Positions 30,001 through 38,630 of a stretch of 64,000 bases of DNA are shown here, in pieces. The notes beneath the pieces are model-generated. The model was given only the letters and a program-made list of their open reading frames with translations, had not been told where the DNA came from and did no database searches. Where the stretch lies: contig JAJFKG010000051.1 of the NCBI GenBank assembly GCA_021773335.1, forward strand, positions 133,985-197,984, written 5' to 3'. Every line of letters starts with the position of its first letter. The stretch's first letter is position 1. The DNA is from Gammaproteobacteria bacterium (GTDB lineage Bacteria; Pseudomonadota; Gammaproteobacteria; JAJFKG01). The position numbers and the translations under genes were made by a program.

Positions 30001-32609
30001 AAGCCTATGAGACAATCTTAGCTCGCTTAGGAGAAAAAGGCGTAGATGTAAAGACCCGCGAGACCCTATTAAAATACGCGGAAAATAGCATTAACATCGC
30101 CCCTGAACTTGCGCGTGATGCCGCTGCATTTGAGGCGCGCCAAGCAGAGCTCGCCAAAGATGATCCAATTATCGCAGATGTTTCCGGCTTGTTTGCTGAT
30201 GATATGGATGCTGAAACAGATACGGTATCTGTGCTCGATGACATGAGTCAATCTGAGAGCGATGTGCAATCATCATTAAGTAGTATTTTTGATGCCAGCA
30301 CAGAAGCAATGACACAATCAGATGATGCATTGGTTGATGATTTTGGTGATGCAAGTGAATACGCAGACTTAGTGGCTGAGTTTAACCCTGATACAGGAGC
30401 AGGTGCCGACACCAGCCCTGCCGCTACAACGCCTAAGCCAGCGGCGTTACAACGTGCGCGTGCGCATACGGTTGGATCAGAGTTGGATCAGTTCAGGCGG
30501 CATCAGTTAATTGTTGCGGAATTAGAACGACATATTGCAAGCACTAATGAGCTGTTTGCAGTTAATCATGCGCGTACTTTGCAGAGTGCTGCTGCTATTT
30601 CTAGCGAATTTCATGCTGAGCAATTATCGGAAATAACGCATGCGGGACAAACAGGGTCGCAAAGCTTTGTTGCAAGTGTGCAAGCACTCAAAGATTTCCT
30701 GGCGTTCTATAAGACAGCAGATCCGCAAGTGCAGGCGCTCTATAAAGAACAGTATGAGGCAGTGAATGCACAGATAGCTAATTTGGTTGGCAATGCTTTA
30801 ACGCAGTTTGCTGATTACAGCAATCATATCGGCGTGCTCGAGCGCGAGGTGAGAACGCTCACTGAATCGGGAGCTTTAATGCAAACTGCCCAGGACCTAA
30901 AAGGTAAGCTTGCAATCCTGCGGCAACCGATGGCAGTCCAGTATGACAATGGTATTGAAGAATACGCACGGAGACTTGCTGATATCGCAACTTTCGCCAA
31001 TGAACTTTCATCCTTAGATGAACAGCTTGATGTGGTAGAGCGATTGTCGACACAAGTGGGTTTTATGCAAGCCATTTTCGCGAGCAGTGAGTCGCTCGCG
31101 ATTCTCTGGCGTGTACTGCCGGAGGCCTTTCCAAACCATGATGAAACAATTGCTGCAGAGAAAGCTCGCGTAGCTCAATTAGTCAGGTCGATTAGTCCTC
31201 TGGCTTTACAGCTTGATGACATAAACATTAAGTTTGGTGAGTTATATAACACTGCACAAGAGCCAACCATCACAGTTGGTTATCAGCGTGTCCCAACTCG
31301 CATGCAATTGGTTCGTAGTGTGCTGCATTTGCTTGCGGAAGACGTTAAAGAGCTCAAGGTGACGAACTTGAAATCAACGGCTGAATTGATTCAAGCAAAT
31401 ATTGAAAGATTAGAGGCACATCTGCAGTTAATAGAGAGACTGCCTTTTGCTTTGAGCGAGCTAGAAAAATCGACGGATTCTATACTGCTTGATCAGACTT
31501 CAGAGTCTCCACAATTACGAGTTATCATGCTCATTAACAGGCAATTGGAGCAATTACGCAACTTACAGCCGCTTAGCCAGCTTGACGCTATAAGCATAAG
31601 TGATTTAGTTAGCCAGGTTATCGGTGAGTCTGCCCAACCAGTTACTGTCGCTGATGATGATGTAGAGATGGCAGATGTTCAAGAAGAGGCTGGCGTCGCC
31701 GCACATCGCGACTTGCTGGATAGTATTGAACAATTTGATACGGCTGATTTGCGTCCGGTAGCGCAAGATGCAACAACTACAGCACCGGCAGCTACAGCTG
31801 GCTCCGCATCGCGTGCGGCAGGTACCACGACAATGGCGACAACGCCAGCGACTACCACCGTGGCCAATGCACAAGCACAAGCTCAACAACCCAGACCGCA
31901 ACAAGGCAACGGTTTTTGGGGATTCCTCAAACCTATTACGGATTACGTTACTGCATTAGTAACTAGTATGCTACATGCTGTCGCGCCGGCTAAACAACGT
32001 GAAAAGGCTATTGTCTCTGATGTTAAAGCAGTCCATAAGCAGCGTCATCGAAGGTCTGATTCGCTTGCCAAACAGACAGCTGAATTGATGGAAAAATATT
32101 TGGATGAAACAGGCTCTATACAAAAAGCGCTGGATAGTGCGCGTACTTTGTCAACACAGGCGACGAAGGCGTTACATGCTGCAGAGGATGGCCAGGCTGA
32201 CGTGCAGGCTTTACAGAATTGCGATAAGCAATTGCGAACTTTGTTCGGCAAATTTACTCGCTATCAAACTAATGTTGAGCGCTTGCTGCAAAATGCTGCG
32301 ACTCAAGGTCCGCATATCGTGAATAGTGGATATATGAAAGAAACTGATTTTAGTAATAATGTAGTTATGCTGAATATGACCAAGAGTAGTATGGTAGCTC
32401 TGCGTAGTCAGTTAAGTCGCTTGGAGCAACAAACCAGTCAGTTATTGGGTATCGAACTCATGAAAGTCCACCAGCAAAAACAGGAAGCTAAGCAACGTGG
32501 CGAACTATTGGGGACGGCTGACGCAACGGTTAAGCATGCCGCTGACAGTATTGTTGACCCAGCCTTAAAACCGCCAGATGCCTCATCGGTCGCATCACCA
32601 GCAGCGTAG
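27045..32609 (+). CDS. Giant helical/coiled-coil orphan protein (about 1854 aa) with WH2-like motif; candidate effector
   Basis: 5.5-kb open frame; Ala/Gln/Leu-rich helical blocks separated by Ser/Thr-rich and acidic linkers; ATG 27045 after GGGGA preferred over GTG 26901. Confidence 0.75.
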   Translation: MVDKVGTEQAILRRVATRKQLRDMLGGTAARTMPDLRERLSADVVPTLRRAATETAITRKGAKKRDRSSRMYAGSKKAKEVKSAAAQVAYQHLKETAEKAFAESAHTTDTLTVSSEQATATLTQLQASLEGFASRAAEFTQSGLAREVAANLGGHLAFIIYDAHNLQADVVAMQVALAQAGSHADLEALYEKIQRHPLFDAKAPEFANGIQPSALRAFTSIEVLTRQLSALSTQADAFVATLGEQYSELAITAGPDFTAGFVQTTQQLAGYQSLKQHIVSQLDAVNPDSLLASMGRVQDEIQAAGITRDNVGKASITQRSRWLGQYRIARSQVDALLEQKEEISSLANKLAKQQGDLGEGLTGFANDSAAFLAGIGPLITSNHDENSLINRENHLNHIANAIEYMGGALPESVHFGDDTNKKLTELAQVLDRKPEMQTVIRSAQAILKALVSDARLSQMMEFADKQASEFAAINAESTTAIDMPQAVALLERLQTVRRELQDHQAGYNEAFATVQAQLKDATGAFLTAKDAIRSALVALPEKQQSKMRSQMRTWNNLLGQLQGPLGILSTDGVSYVDAQLEKVDSLERQIESHLQTRMQQQREVREQQQLTEAQANLAKLAKLVADHAEKADWTSEQLAQIVVRLESSQQQSQALQGRIDTETFDALEERRDAILEQGRAAATSDYLQILFVQGGADQDMLAVVLPDEVKQQLGVARGQLTGNTDASPTTTSAAVAESSRSLSASVASTEKPASSASSSGSHDDMDISLPERVAWPRLSGTRTARSFTVMTPTGHLRAKFEKAFADVRTRQAEALALHKVAHSALLAARSDYHEWRTEARELERSIGTRVPGEALDKLASLLVAQRTLQQATVESALMRQEAAIGASVKIRAVIQAFANNKAFFKETPPTAKHRLDALHSALIKYKDQVDAFVTDVRLHTGLIDPSLASAVRISPAGSMLITNSIINAILKHTDGITPDSVEEYRQAYETILARLGEKGVDVKTRETLLKYAENSINIAPELARDAAAFEARQAELAKDDPIIADVSGLFADDMDAETDTVSVLDDMSQSESDVQSSLSSIFDASTEAMTQSDDALVDDFGDASEYADLVAEFNPDTGAGADTSPAATTPKPAALQRARAHTVGSELDQFRRHQLIVAELERHIASTNELFAVNHARTLQSAAAISSEFHAEQLSEITHAGQTGSQSFVASVQALKDFLAFYKTADPQVQALYKEQYEAVNAQIANLVGNALTQFADYSNHIGVLEREVRTLTESGALMQTAQDLKGKLAILRQPMAVQYDNGIEEYARRLADIATFANELSSLDEQLDVVERLSTQVGFMQAIFASSESLAILWRVLPEAFPNHDETIAAEKARVAQLVRSISPLALQLDDINIKFGELYNTAQEPTITVGYQRVPTRMQLVRSVLHLLAEDVKELKVTNLKSTAELIQANIERLEAHLQLIERLPFALSELEKSTDSILLDQTSESPQLRVIMLINRQLEQLRNLQPLSQLDAISISDLVSQVIGESAQPVTVADDDVEMADVQEEAGVAAHRDLLDSIEQFDTADLRPVAQDATTTAPAATAGSASRAAGTTTMATTPATTTVANAQAQAQQPRPQQGNGFWGFLKPITDYVTALVTSMLHAVAPAKQREKAIVSDVKAVHKQRHRRSDSLAKQTAELMEKYLDETGSIQKALDSARTLSTQATKALHAAEDGQADVQALQNCDKQLRTLFGKFTRYQTNVERLLQNAATQGPHIVNSGYMKETDFSNNVVMLNMTKSSMVALRSQLSRLEQQTSQLLGIELMKVHQQKQEAKQRGELLGTADATVKHAADSIVDPALKPPDASSVASPAA

Positions 32610-32681
32610 TCAGATTGGCGCGTTGGTGATTTTTCCGGTAAAATCGCACCAACTTTGATCACGTTGGTAAGGTAAAACACG

Positions 32682-33542
32682 ATGCATGTACAGACTGTCG
32701 ATTTCCAAGCCCCTGAGGCGCCAGTATTATTTACTCAATCGTTAAAAGAAACCGGTTTTGCGGTATTAAATAACCATCCCATTCAAGCTGCTGAAATCGA
32801 TGAAATGTATGCTGCTTGGGAAAGTTTTTTTGCTTCTGATAGTAAGCACGATTTTCTCTATGACCATGATAATCAAGATGGTTTTTTCCCTGCAGAAATT
32901 GCCGAAGTGGCCAAGGGCAATGATATCCGTGATTTAAAAGAGTTTTTCCAACTATACTCATGGGGACAAATACCTGAAAATTTACGTCCCATTAGTCTGC
33001 ATATGTACACCAAGTTAAGCAATGTCGCTGCGACCTTGCTGAATTGGCTGGAAGAGAATACCCCTGATGAAATCAAGCAACATTTCTCCGAGCATTTAAG
33101 TTCAATGATCCAAGATAGCCCGCGTACCCAATTACGTATTTTGCATTATCCGCCGCTGACGGGTGATGAAGAGGCTGGCGCAGTGCGTGCAGCAGCACAT
33201 GGTGATATTAATCTGATTACCCTATTAGTTGCGGGAACTGCTCCTGGCTTACAGGCACAAGACAGTGCAGGCAATTGGCACGATGTCAGTTGTGATAAAG
33301 GTGCTGTGGTGGTGAATGTTGGTGATATGCTGGAGCGAGCTTCGCAACGCTATTACAAATCCACTATTCATCGCGTGCTCAATCCAACGGGTGAAGCTGC
33401 TAAAAAAGCTCGTATGTCTTTGCCTCTATTCTTACACCCACGTGACGAAGTCTATCTCACCAATACCGTTACTGCGAACGATTACCGCATCGAGCGTTTA
33501 ATCGAGTTGGGGATTTACGACAAAGCTAAGGCAACAGCTTGA
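32682..33542 (+). CDS. 2OG-Fe(II) oxygenase, isopenicillin N synthase-like
   Basis: LRILHYPP, HGDINLITLL (HxD), STIHRV, RMS motif. Confidence 0.92.
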   Translation: MHVQTVDFQAPEAPVLFTQSLKETGFAVLNNHPIQAAEIDEMYAAWESFFASDSKHDFLYDHDNQDGFFPAEIAEVAKGNDIRDLKEFFQLYSWGQIPENLRPISLHMYTKLSNVAATLLNWLEENTPDEIKQHFSEHLSSMIQDSPRTQLRILHYPPLTGDEEAGAVRAAAHGDINLITLLVAGTAPGLQAQDSAGNWHDVSCDKGAVVVNVGDMLERASQRYYKSTIHRVLNPTGEAAKKARMSLPLFLHPRDEVYLTNTVTANDYRIERLIELGIYDKAKATA

Positions 33543-33712
33543 TATTCGGTTTTGCATTAAGTTTGAATGCGCAAAAACCCCTGTTTTTCATTTGTTAAAC
33601 GGTATTTCTACGCTAGGCTTATTATTAAGCAAACAGGCATTTTAAACACTTGTTGCGATAAAGTGTTGACAGCAAGATCAATAAGATAATTTTGAATACG
33701 GTGGAGGTTATT

Positions 33713-34444
33713 ATGGCGACGAGATTTGGAATACGTTCAGGTTTTATGAAGTTTGGGAAAAGCGCTATGGAAGCAATGTCAAAAACATGGCAAGCGGTGA
33801 CCCAAGGTAGTGGGACACGTGGTCGTGGTAAAGCGATTGTAGAAGGCCAGCGTCGCACAAGCCATCAACAGCAGCAGCGTGAATTAACAAAAGTTGAAGT
33901 CACAGCTGAACGTTTGCGAGGCATTATTGATGGGACGGCGCCGGCTTACAAAACGGCGGATGCTGCCAAAGAAATAGCTGATGAAATAGGTGATTTTTTA
34001 CTTGCGCATGCAAGAAAAGGGGGACAGGCTAGCAAGCTTAGTGAAAGCGATGTGGTACAGTTAGAAAAATACAGTCTAAAGCTTAAGCGGACAATAGCCC
34101 AAGTAAGTCTTAGTCACAAGCTTGGAGAGGGGCTGCTTGGCGATGCTAAAGCCCAGGTTAGTACTTTAAAAAATGACCACCTAGCACCAAGACAGCTTAC
34201 TGCGGCAGGGGTGAAGCTCAATGCGCTTAATCAGAATTTGTCAAAGCTTCAAGACCGGCTCACAAACATCAAGGAGAAGGTTGATGTGCTAGTTAAGGAA
34301 GCAAAGTATCAAAAAGGTAAGGCCGCCAAAGAAGTCGCAGACAAACCTACTAGCCACACACCTGATGTTGAGAATGTACAGGAAGCTGGAGTCGCTACTA
34401 GCAGCACTACCTTCACTATAACCATGGGAGGCACGGGAGGATAG
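33713..34444 (+). CDS. Hypothetical basic coiled-coil orphan protein; candidate effector
   Basis: GGAGG RBS before ATG 33713; no recognised family. Confidence 0.7.
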   Translation: MATRFGIRSGFMKFGKSAMEAMSKTWQAVTQGSGTRGRGKAIVEGQRRTSHQQQQRELTKVEVTAERLRGIIDGTAPAYKTADAAKEIADEIGDFLLAHARKGGQASKLSESDVVQLEKYSLKLKRTIAQVSLSHKLGEGLLGDAKAQVSTLKNDHLAPRQLTAAGVKLNALNQNLSKLQDRLTNIKEKVDVLVKEAKYQKGKAAKEVADKPTSHTPDVENVQEAGVATSSTTFTITMGGTGG

Positions 34445-34456
34445 ACTTAGTTTTAT

Positions 34457-36133
34457 TCACACCAGTACCTTCTGCAAATACCCCTCTACATTATCGCGGT
34501 CAATCACTTGGCCGCGATATCCTATATGTTTATCCGGACGAATAAGATAAATGCTCGCAGCCTTAGCACCATAACGTGCGTGACATTGCGCATTAGCATC
34601 GATAAGCACATTGGATTGCCAAGCTTCATTCAATGATTCAGGCGTGATTTGGTGGGCATCAGTGAGGATTAAAAAGGCTTGCATCAAACCGGGATAATAT
34701 TGCTTAGCCCAATCACCAATCGCCATTAATTGCTGCACTTGTTGTTGTGTGCTTTGGTAAGCGAATAATAACAAAGTATGTTGTGGGCCTTTGAGTAGCT
34801 CGTAGAGACTTAAACTGTCGTTGGGTGCTTGCAAGCGTGCTACTGCTTGCTCAGGTAAGCGTGCGCCGGCTTTAGGGCCTTTGGCGAAGGCCATATTACT
34901 CGTCAATTTGCTGAGATCTAACCAATTAATCGCTTCGTTGGCGACGATGGGGCTCTTGTGATAATTGATTTTTACCTCAGCCATTTGGTCGGCCATGGTA
35001 TGGCGAAAGGCAGGTAACTTAGCCAAGTTTTGTAAAGAAGTATTACGTAACTTTTTCAATTTAGGATTTTCGACAGTAATCATCTTGGTCATCATGCCGG
35101 TGGCACGCAATACACCTTCGGCAACAGGGTGACGCTCAGCATGATAACTATCCAACAAATTATCGCTGGCTTTGCCGTGTATAGCTAAAGCGAGCTTCCA
35201 CGCTAGGTTATAAGCGTCTTGAATACCGGTATTCATGCCTTGGCCACCGACGGGTGAATGGATATGCGCAGCATCTCCGATAAAGAAAACACGTTGATGA
35301 CGATATTGAGCGATTTGACGTTGGTTAATCCAAAAATGCGACGTCCAGGTCGGTTCTTCAAATTCGATAGCAACGGGGCAACGTTGTTTAGCGATCGTTT
35401 TAAAGTGTTCTAGGCTAGGGTTGGTGACATCTGCGAATTCCTGAGTGTGACTGACATCAGCAATCACACGTGAGAAATCTTTTAAGGGAAGTACAGCCAT
35501 CACGCCATCTTTTGACATAAAGGCATGCACTTGGTCGTGTGGCAATGGCCAGTGAATTTTGACATCAGCCATAATGAAATGTTCTGCTAGGCTTTCACCT
35601 GCAAAGTTTAAATCTAAAAGTTTACGTACGATACTATGGCTGCCATCCGCTGCAACCACGTATTGGCAACGGATCTCTTCTTCGCGTTCATTATGGCTGT
35701 ATTTGACACGGGCGGTGACGCTATTATCGTTTTGAAAAATACTGATTAATTCTGCTGGACGTTCGACATTGGCGTGCAGGGCTTGCAAGCGTTGATTAAA
35801 GACTTTCTCTGTGCTTTGTTGTGGTAACCCCAAGATATAAGGGTAGGGTGAATCGATATCGCTAAGATCAATATGTAAGATCTTTTCACCTTCAGCATAT
35901 AAGTTGGTGGCATACAGTTTATTGGCATCGGCAGTCGCTGCGGGCAAGATGTCTAAATCAGCGAGTATTTCTTGCGTGCGACTATGAATGGCTAGCGCAT
36001 TCGAGGTTGTTACTGGTTGTGGTAATTTATCGATGATACGATATTTAATACCGTGTTGTTGTAATGCACAGGCCATGGCTAAGCCACTGGGGCCGGCACC
36101 GGTGATTAAGATGGGTAGGTTGCTATCCTGCAT
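34457..36133 (-). CDS. FAD-dependent monooxygenase (aromatic hydroxylase family)
   Basis: GAGPSG, AADGSHS, GDAAHIHSPVGGQGMNTGIQDA, C-terminal LIRPD. Confidence 0.93.
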   Translation of the reverse strand: MQDSNLPILITGAGPSGLAMACALQQHGIKYRIIDKLPQPVTTSNALAIHSRTQEILADLDILPAATADANKLYATNLYAEGEKILHIDLSDIDSPYPYILGLPQQSTEKVFNQRLQALHANVERPAELISIFQNDNSVTARVKYSHNEREEEIRCQYVVAADGSHSIVRKLLDLNFAGESLAEHFIMADVKIHWPLPHDQVHAFMSKDGVMAVLPLKDFSRVIADVSHTQEFADVTNPSLEHFKTIAKQRCPVAIEFEEPTWTSHFWINQRQIAQYRHQRVFFIGDAAHIHSPVGGQGMNTGIQDAYNLAWKLALAIHGKASDNLLDSYHAERHPVAEGVLRATGMMTKMITVENPKLKKLRNTSLQNLAKLPAFRHTMADQMAEVKINYHKSPIVANEAINWLDLSKLTSNMAFAKGPKAGARLPEQAVARLQAPNDSLSLYELLKGPQHTLLLFAYQSTQQQVQQLMAIGDWAKQYYPGLMQAFLILTDAHQITPESLNEAWQSNVLIDANAQCHARYGAKAASIYLIRPDKHIGYRGQVIDRDNVEGYLQKVLV

Positions 36134-36156
36134 TGTTTTCTCCTCTCGGACCGTCA

Positions 36157-36257
36157 CAAAACGCCAATGTCTTTGTTAAAAGTTGCGCTTAAGTCGGTCA
36201 TTTATGTTGAATAAACTCTCTCACTAGGCGCCGCTGTTGCTTCGACTTTGATGTTTT
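36157..36257. repeat. Degenerate ERIC-like element
   Basis: Core TCGGTCATTTAT-GTTGA-ATAAACTC resembles the 7907 copy; imperfect flanking arms. Confidence 0.55.
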
Positions 36258-36282
36258 TATTACCTATTAATCAGGGCTACGC

Positions 36283-36406
36283 GTAGCCTATTGTGTTTGG
36301 AATCAATGCCTCGCTTGTAGCCTTGATAAGCTGCGTAGCAGCGCATCAAGGTTCCACGGTCATTAAAGCCCCTTGATGCGCACGTAAACGTGCTTATCAA
36401 GGCTAC
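36283..36406. repeat. GTAG-type REP composite, copy B
   Basis: Outer arm GTAGCCTATTG at 36283; GTAGCCTTGATAAG..CTTATCAAGGCTAC pair 36317-36406. Confidence 0.88.
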
Positions 36407-36565
36407 AATTTAACGGCAATCTAACATATTTTGAACGTATAAAAAATGCCTATTTTTATTGGCATTTTGTCATACTGAAAAGCGTTGTCGGGACTGATAT
36501 TTCCCATTATACTGCCGCAGTTTTATAACAGATACAGTTGTCTATTTTTTGCAACGGAGGAAACC

Positions 36566-37153
36566 ATGCGAATTATCGTTTTGGCATTAGCATTATTAGC
36601 AGTCGCGTTTTGGCAATCGAGTCAAGCCGTCGATACGATTACATTTTCTGGTAAACCCATTCATGTGAATGATGCTCGTGTGACATTAGGTCAAGTGGTA
36701 CCACAGATCGATTTGGTTGGTCCAGCATTACAAGCGGTCGATGTCGGTGGTAAGAGTGGTCGCGTGCAAGTGATCGCCTCTATTTTGTCGTTGAATACAA
36801 AAGTCTGTAGTGCCGAGACGAAACGTTTAGAAGACATGGCACGCGATAATCCCAATGTTGACTTTATCGTGGTTACAAAAGATTTGCCATTTGCATTGCA
36901 ACATTTTAGCAAAGAAAACAAAATTAAAAACCTAACCTTAGCGTCAGATTTTCGTGGCGATGCTTTTGGTGATATTTACGGTACGCGCATTACCGATAGT
37001 AAGTTAAAAGGTTTAAACAATCGAGCGGTGTTTGTTATCGATGCTAATGGTAAATTGATCTATAAACAAATCGTCAAAGAAATTAATACTCCACCGAATT
37101 ACCGCAAATTAGCTAAGGCTATCCATAAAGCCGAAGAACGTAGTAAGGCGTAA
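36566..37153 (+). CDS. tpx: Tpx-family thiol peroxidase with signal peptide
   Basis: SLNTKVC, DLPFA, SDFR, RAVFVID; GGAGG RBS and signal peptide MRIIVLALALLAVAFWQSSQA. Confidence 0.85.
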   Translation: MRIIVLALALLAVAFWQSSQAVDTITFSGKPIHVNDARVTLGQVVPQIDLVGPALQAVDVGGKSGRVQVIASILSLNTKVCSAETKRLEDMARDNPNVDFIVVTKDLPFALQHFSKENKIKNLTLASDFRGDAFGDIYGTRITDSKLKGLNNRAVFVIDANGKLIYKQIVKEINTPPNYRKLAKAIHKAEERSKA

Positions 37154-37216
37154 TATACAGGGTTTTTCGTCAATCCCACCTTGTAGCCCGAGTCTGACAG
37201 ATCGGCGCGAACAGTC

Positions 37217-37247
37217 CTGGTCCCACCGCTCTGCGGTGGGACCTTAA
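37217..37247 (+). repeat. CTGGTCCCACC-family hairpin repeat
   Basis: CTGGTCCCACCGC-TCT-GCGGTGGGACCTTAA. Confidence 0.85.
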
Positions 37248-37308
37248 CGTTACTCACCCTATTCCTATGCCCTGTAGCTAGGCTGGGATATTATGAATGG
37301 ATACTCCA

Positions 37309-37440
37309 GTAAGCCGTAGCCCGGATAAGCGCGGCACGCGCGTCATCCGGGGAGTTTGTTTGCGATTGCTGTTCCCGGATGACGTTGCTGCGTAACTTAT
37401 CCGGGCTACATATGAGCTTGACTACAAGACATTAGCCTAC
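37309..37440 (-). repeat. GTAG-type REP composite, copy C (inverted half of copy A)
   Basis: Near reverse complement of 6480-6611 including spacer and GGCTTAC linker. Confidence 0.9.
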
Positions 37441-37445
37441 ATGAC

Positions 37446-38630
37446 TCAATAGCCTAAGACAATACCTGGAAGATATGGAGTAGTTTCTGTGCATGTAATA
37501 GGGCTATTTGCATCAGGATTATTTGTTCCGTAATACAAATCAAAAGTAAAATACTCTCGCAATACTCGTAGCAAGGTTTCCAAGAAATTTTCGCTTCGTG
37601 TGTTTGCAGGTGCAGGGGTGATTGTGGTGGTTGTTCCCGTAGAGCTATTTAGTTGCCGAAATTGTCGAGCTTGGGGAACATGCTGTGATGCAAACGTTGT
37701 GGATGGTTTACTCCCATCAGAGGTTGGCAATATGAAAGTCCCCGTAGTTTGGCTAGTGAAATCGACATCCATGCTTGAACTGGCCAGTGAGGTGCCTACT
37801 GTGGTGGTAGCCTCGTCTGCTTGCTTTTGCTCCTTAATGACGATGGCTGGCCGCACAACCTCACTTAAGCTGGATTCAAGCATGCCATAGCTATCGGCTG
37901 CCAATTGGCGTTGTAGCAGTGGGACGCGGGTATCGAATATGTTCGCAACCGCCAACAATTGGATACTTAGTGTGTCAGCGCTTAGTTTGTCAGTCGATAA
38001 ATCTCCAATTTTTTCTCTCAGAGCTATTTCATAATTGCTTTTGGTTTGAGAGTTGCTACTTAAATCAATATAGTCCCGATGATCATCTTCGGGTTGTATG
38101 ATTGCGCGATAGGCTGCAAATATGCCAATAAAAAATCGCATGGCCAAGGATGTAATTTCACGCTCATTACCTTGACGTAAAAAATCTCTATCTTCAACGT
38201 TGCGAAAGTGGTGCAAAATACTAGCTTGTGTTTTATGTAAATTAGCAATTTCATAGAATCTCAGTTTTACCTGATCTGGAAAGTTTTTCACAGCCGTTCG
38301 CAGGCTTCGTAGGGCTTCTATGTGGCCGTTGCTGTGACTTTTTGATTGGAGAATGTTACTTACCCAAGCCTCAAATTTTTGTTGTTCTTCTGCGAGGTTG
38401 GTTGTTTGAATCACGGGAGTACGGCTTGAGTTTCCGCTATCGCGTGAAATATCGGGTGCGGTTTGTGCCCTTAATAAAGGTGGGCGCTCCGAAGAGCGTC
38501 GGCGAGTGCTCGCAGCGCTGCTTGTAGGCCATCGTGAGGTCATGGATTGGCTGCGACCTAGCTGAGGTGGACGGGCTTTTCTTTTCGCTGCATCGATGCT
38601 TCTCTCGGCTGGTTGGGGACTATCACGCAT
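37446..38630 (-). CDS. Hypothetical orphan protein with Ser/Arg-rich and Thr-rich disordered regions; candidate effector
   Basis: GAGGTG RBS before ATG; no recognised family. Confidence 0.7.
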   Translation of the reverse strand: MRDSPQPAERSIDAAKRKARPPQLGRSQSMTSRWPTSSAASTRRRSSERPPLLRAQTAPDISRDSGNSSRTPVIQTTNLAEEQQKFEAWVSNILQSKSHSNGHIEALRSLRTAVKNFPDQVKLRFYEIANLHKTQASILHHFRNVEDRDFLRQGNEREITSLAMRFFIGIFAAYRAIIQPEDDHRDYIDLSSNSQTKSNYEIALREKIGDLSTDKLSADTLSIQLLAVANIFDTRVPLLQRQLAADSYGMLESSLSEVVRPAIVIKEQKQADEATTTVGTSLASSSMDVDFTSQTTGTFILPTSDGSKPSTTFASQHVPQARQFRQLNSSTGTTTTITPAPANTRSENFLETLLRVLREYFTFDLYYGTNNPDANSPITCTETTPYLPGIVLGY

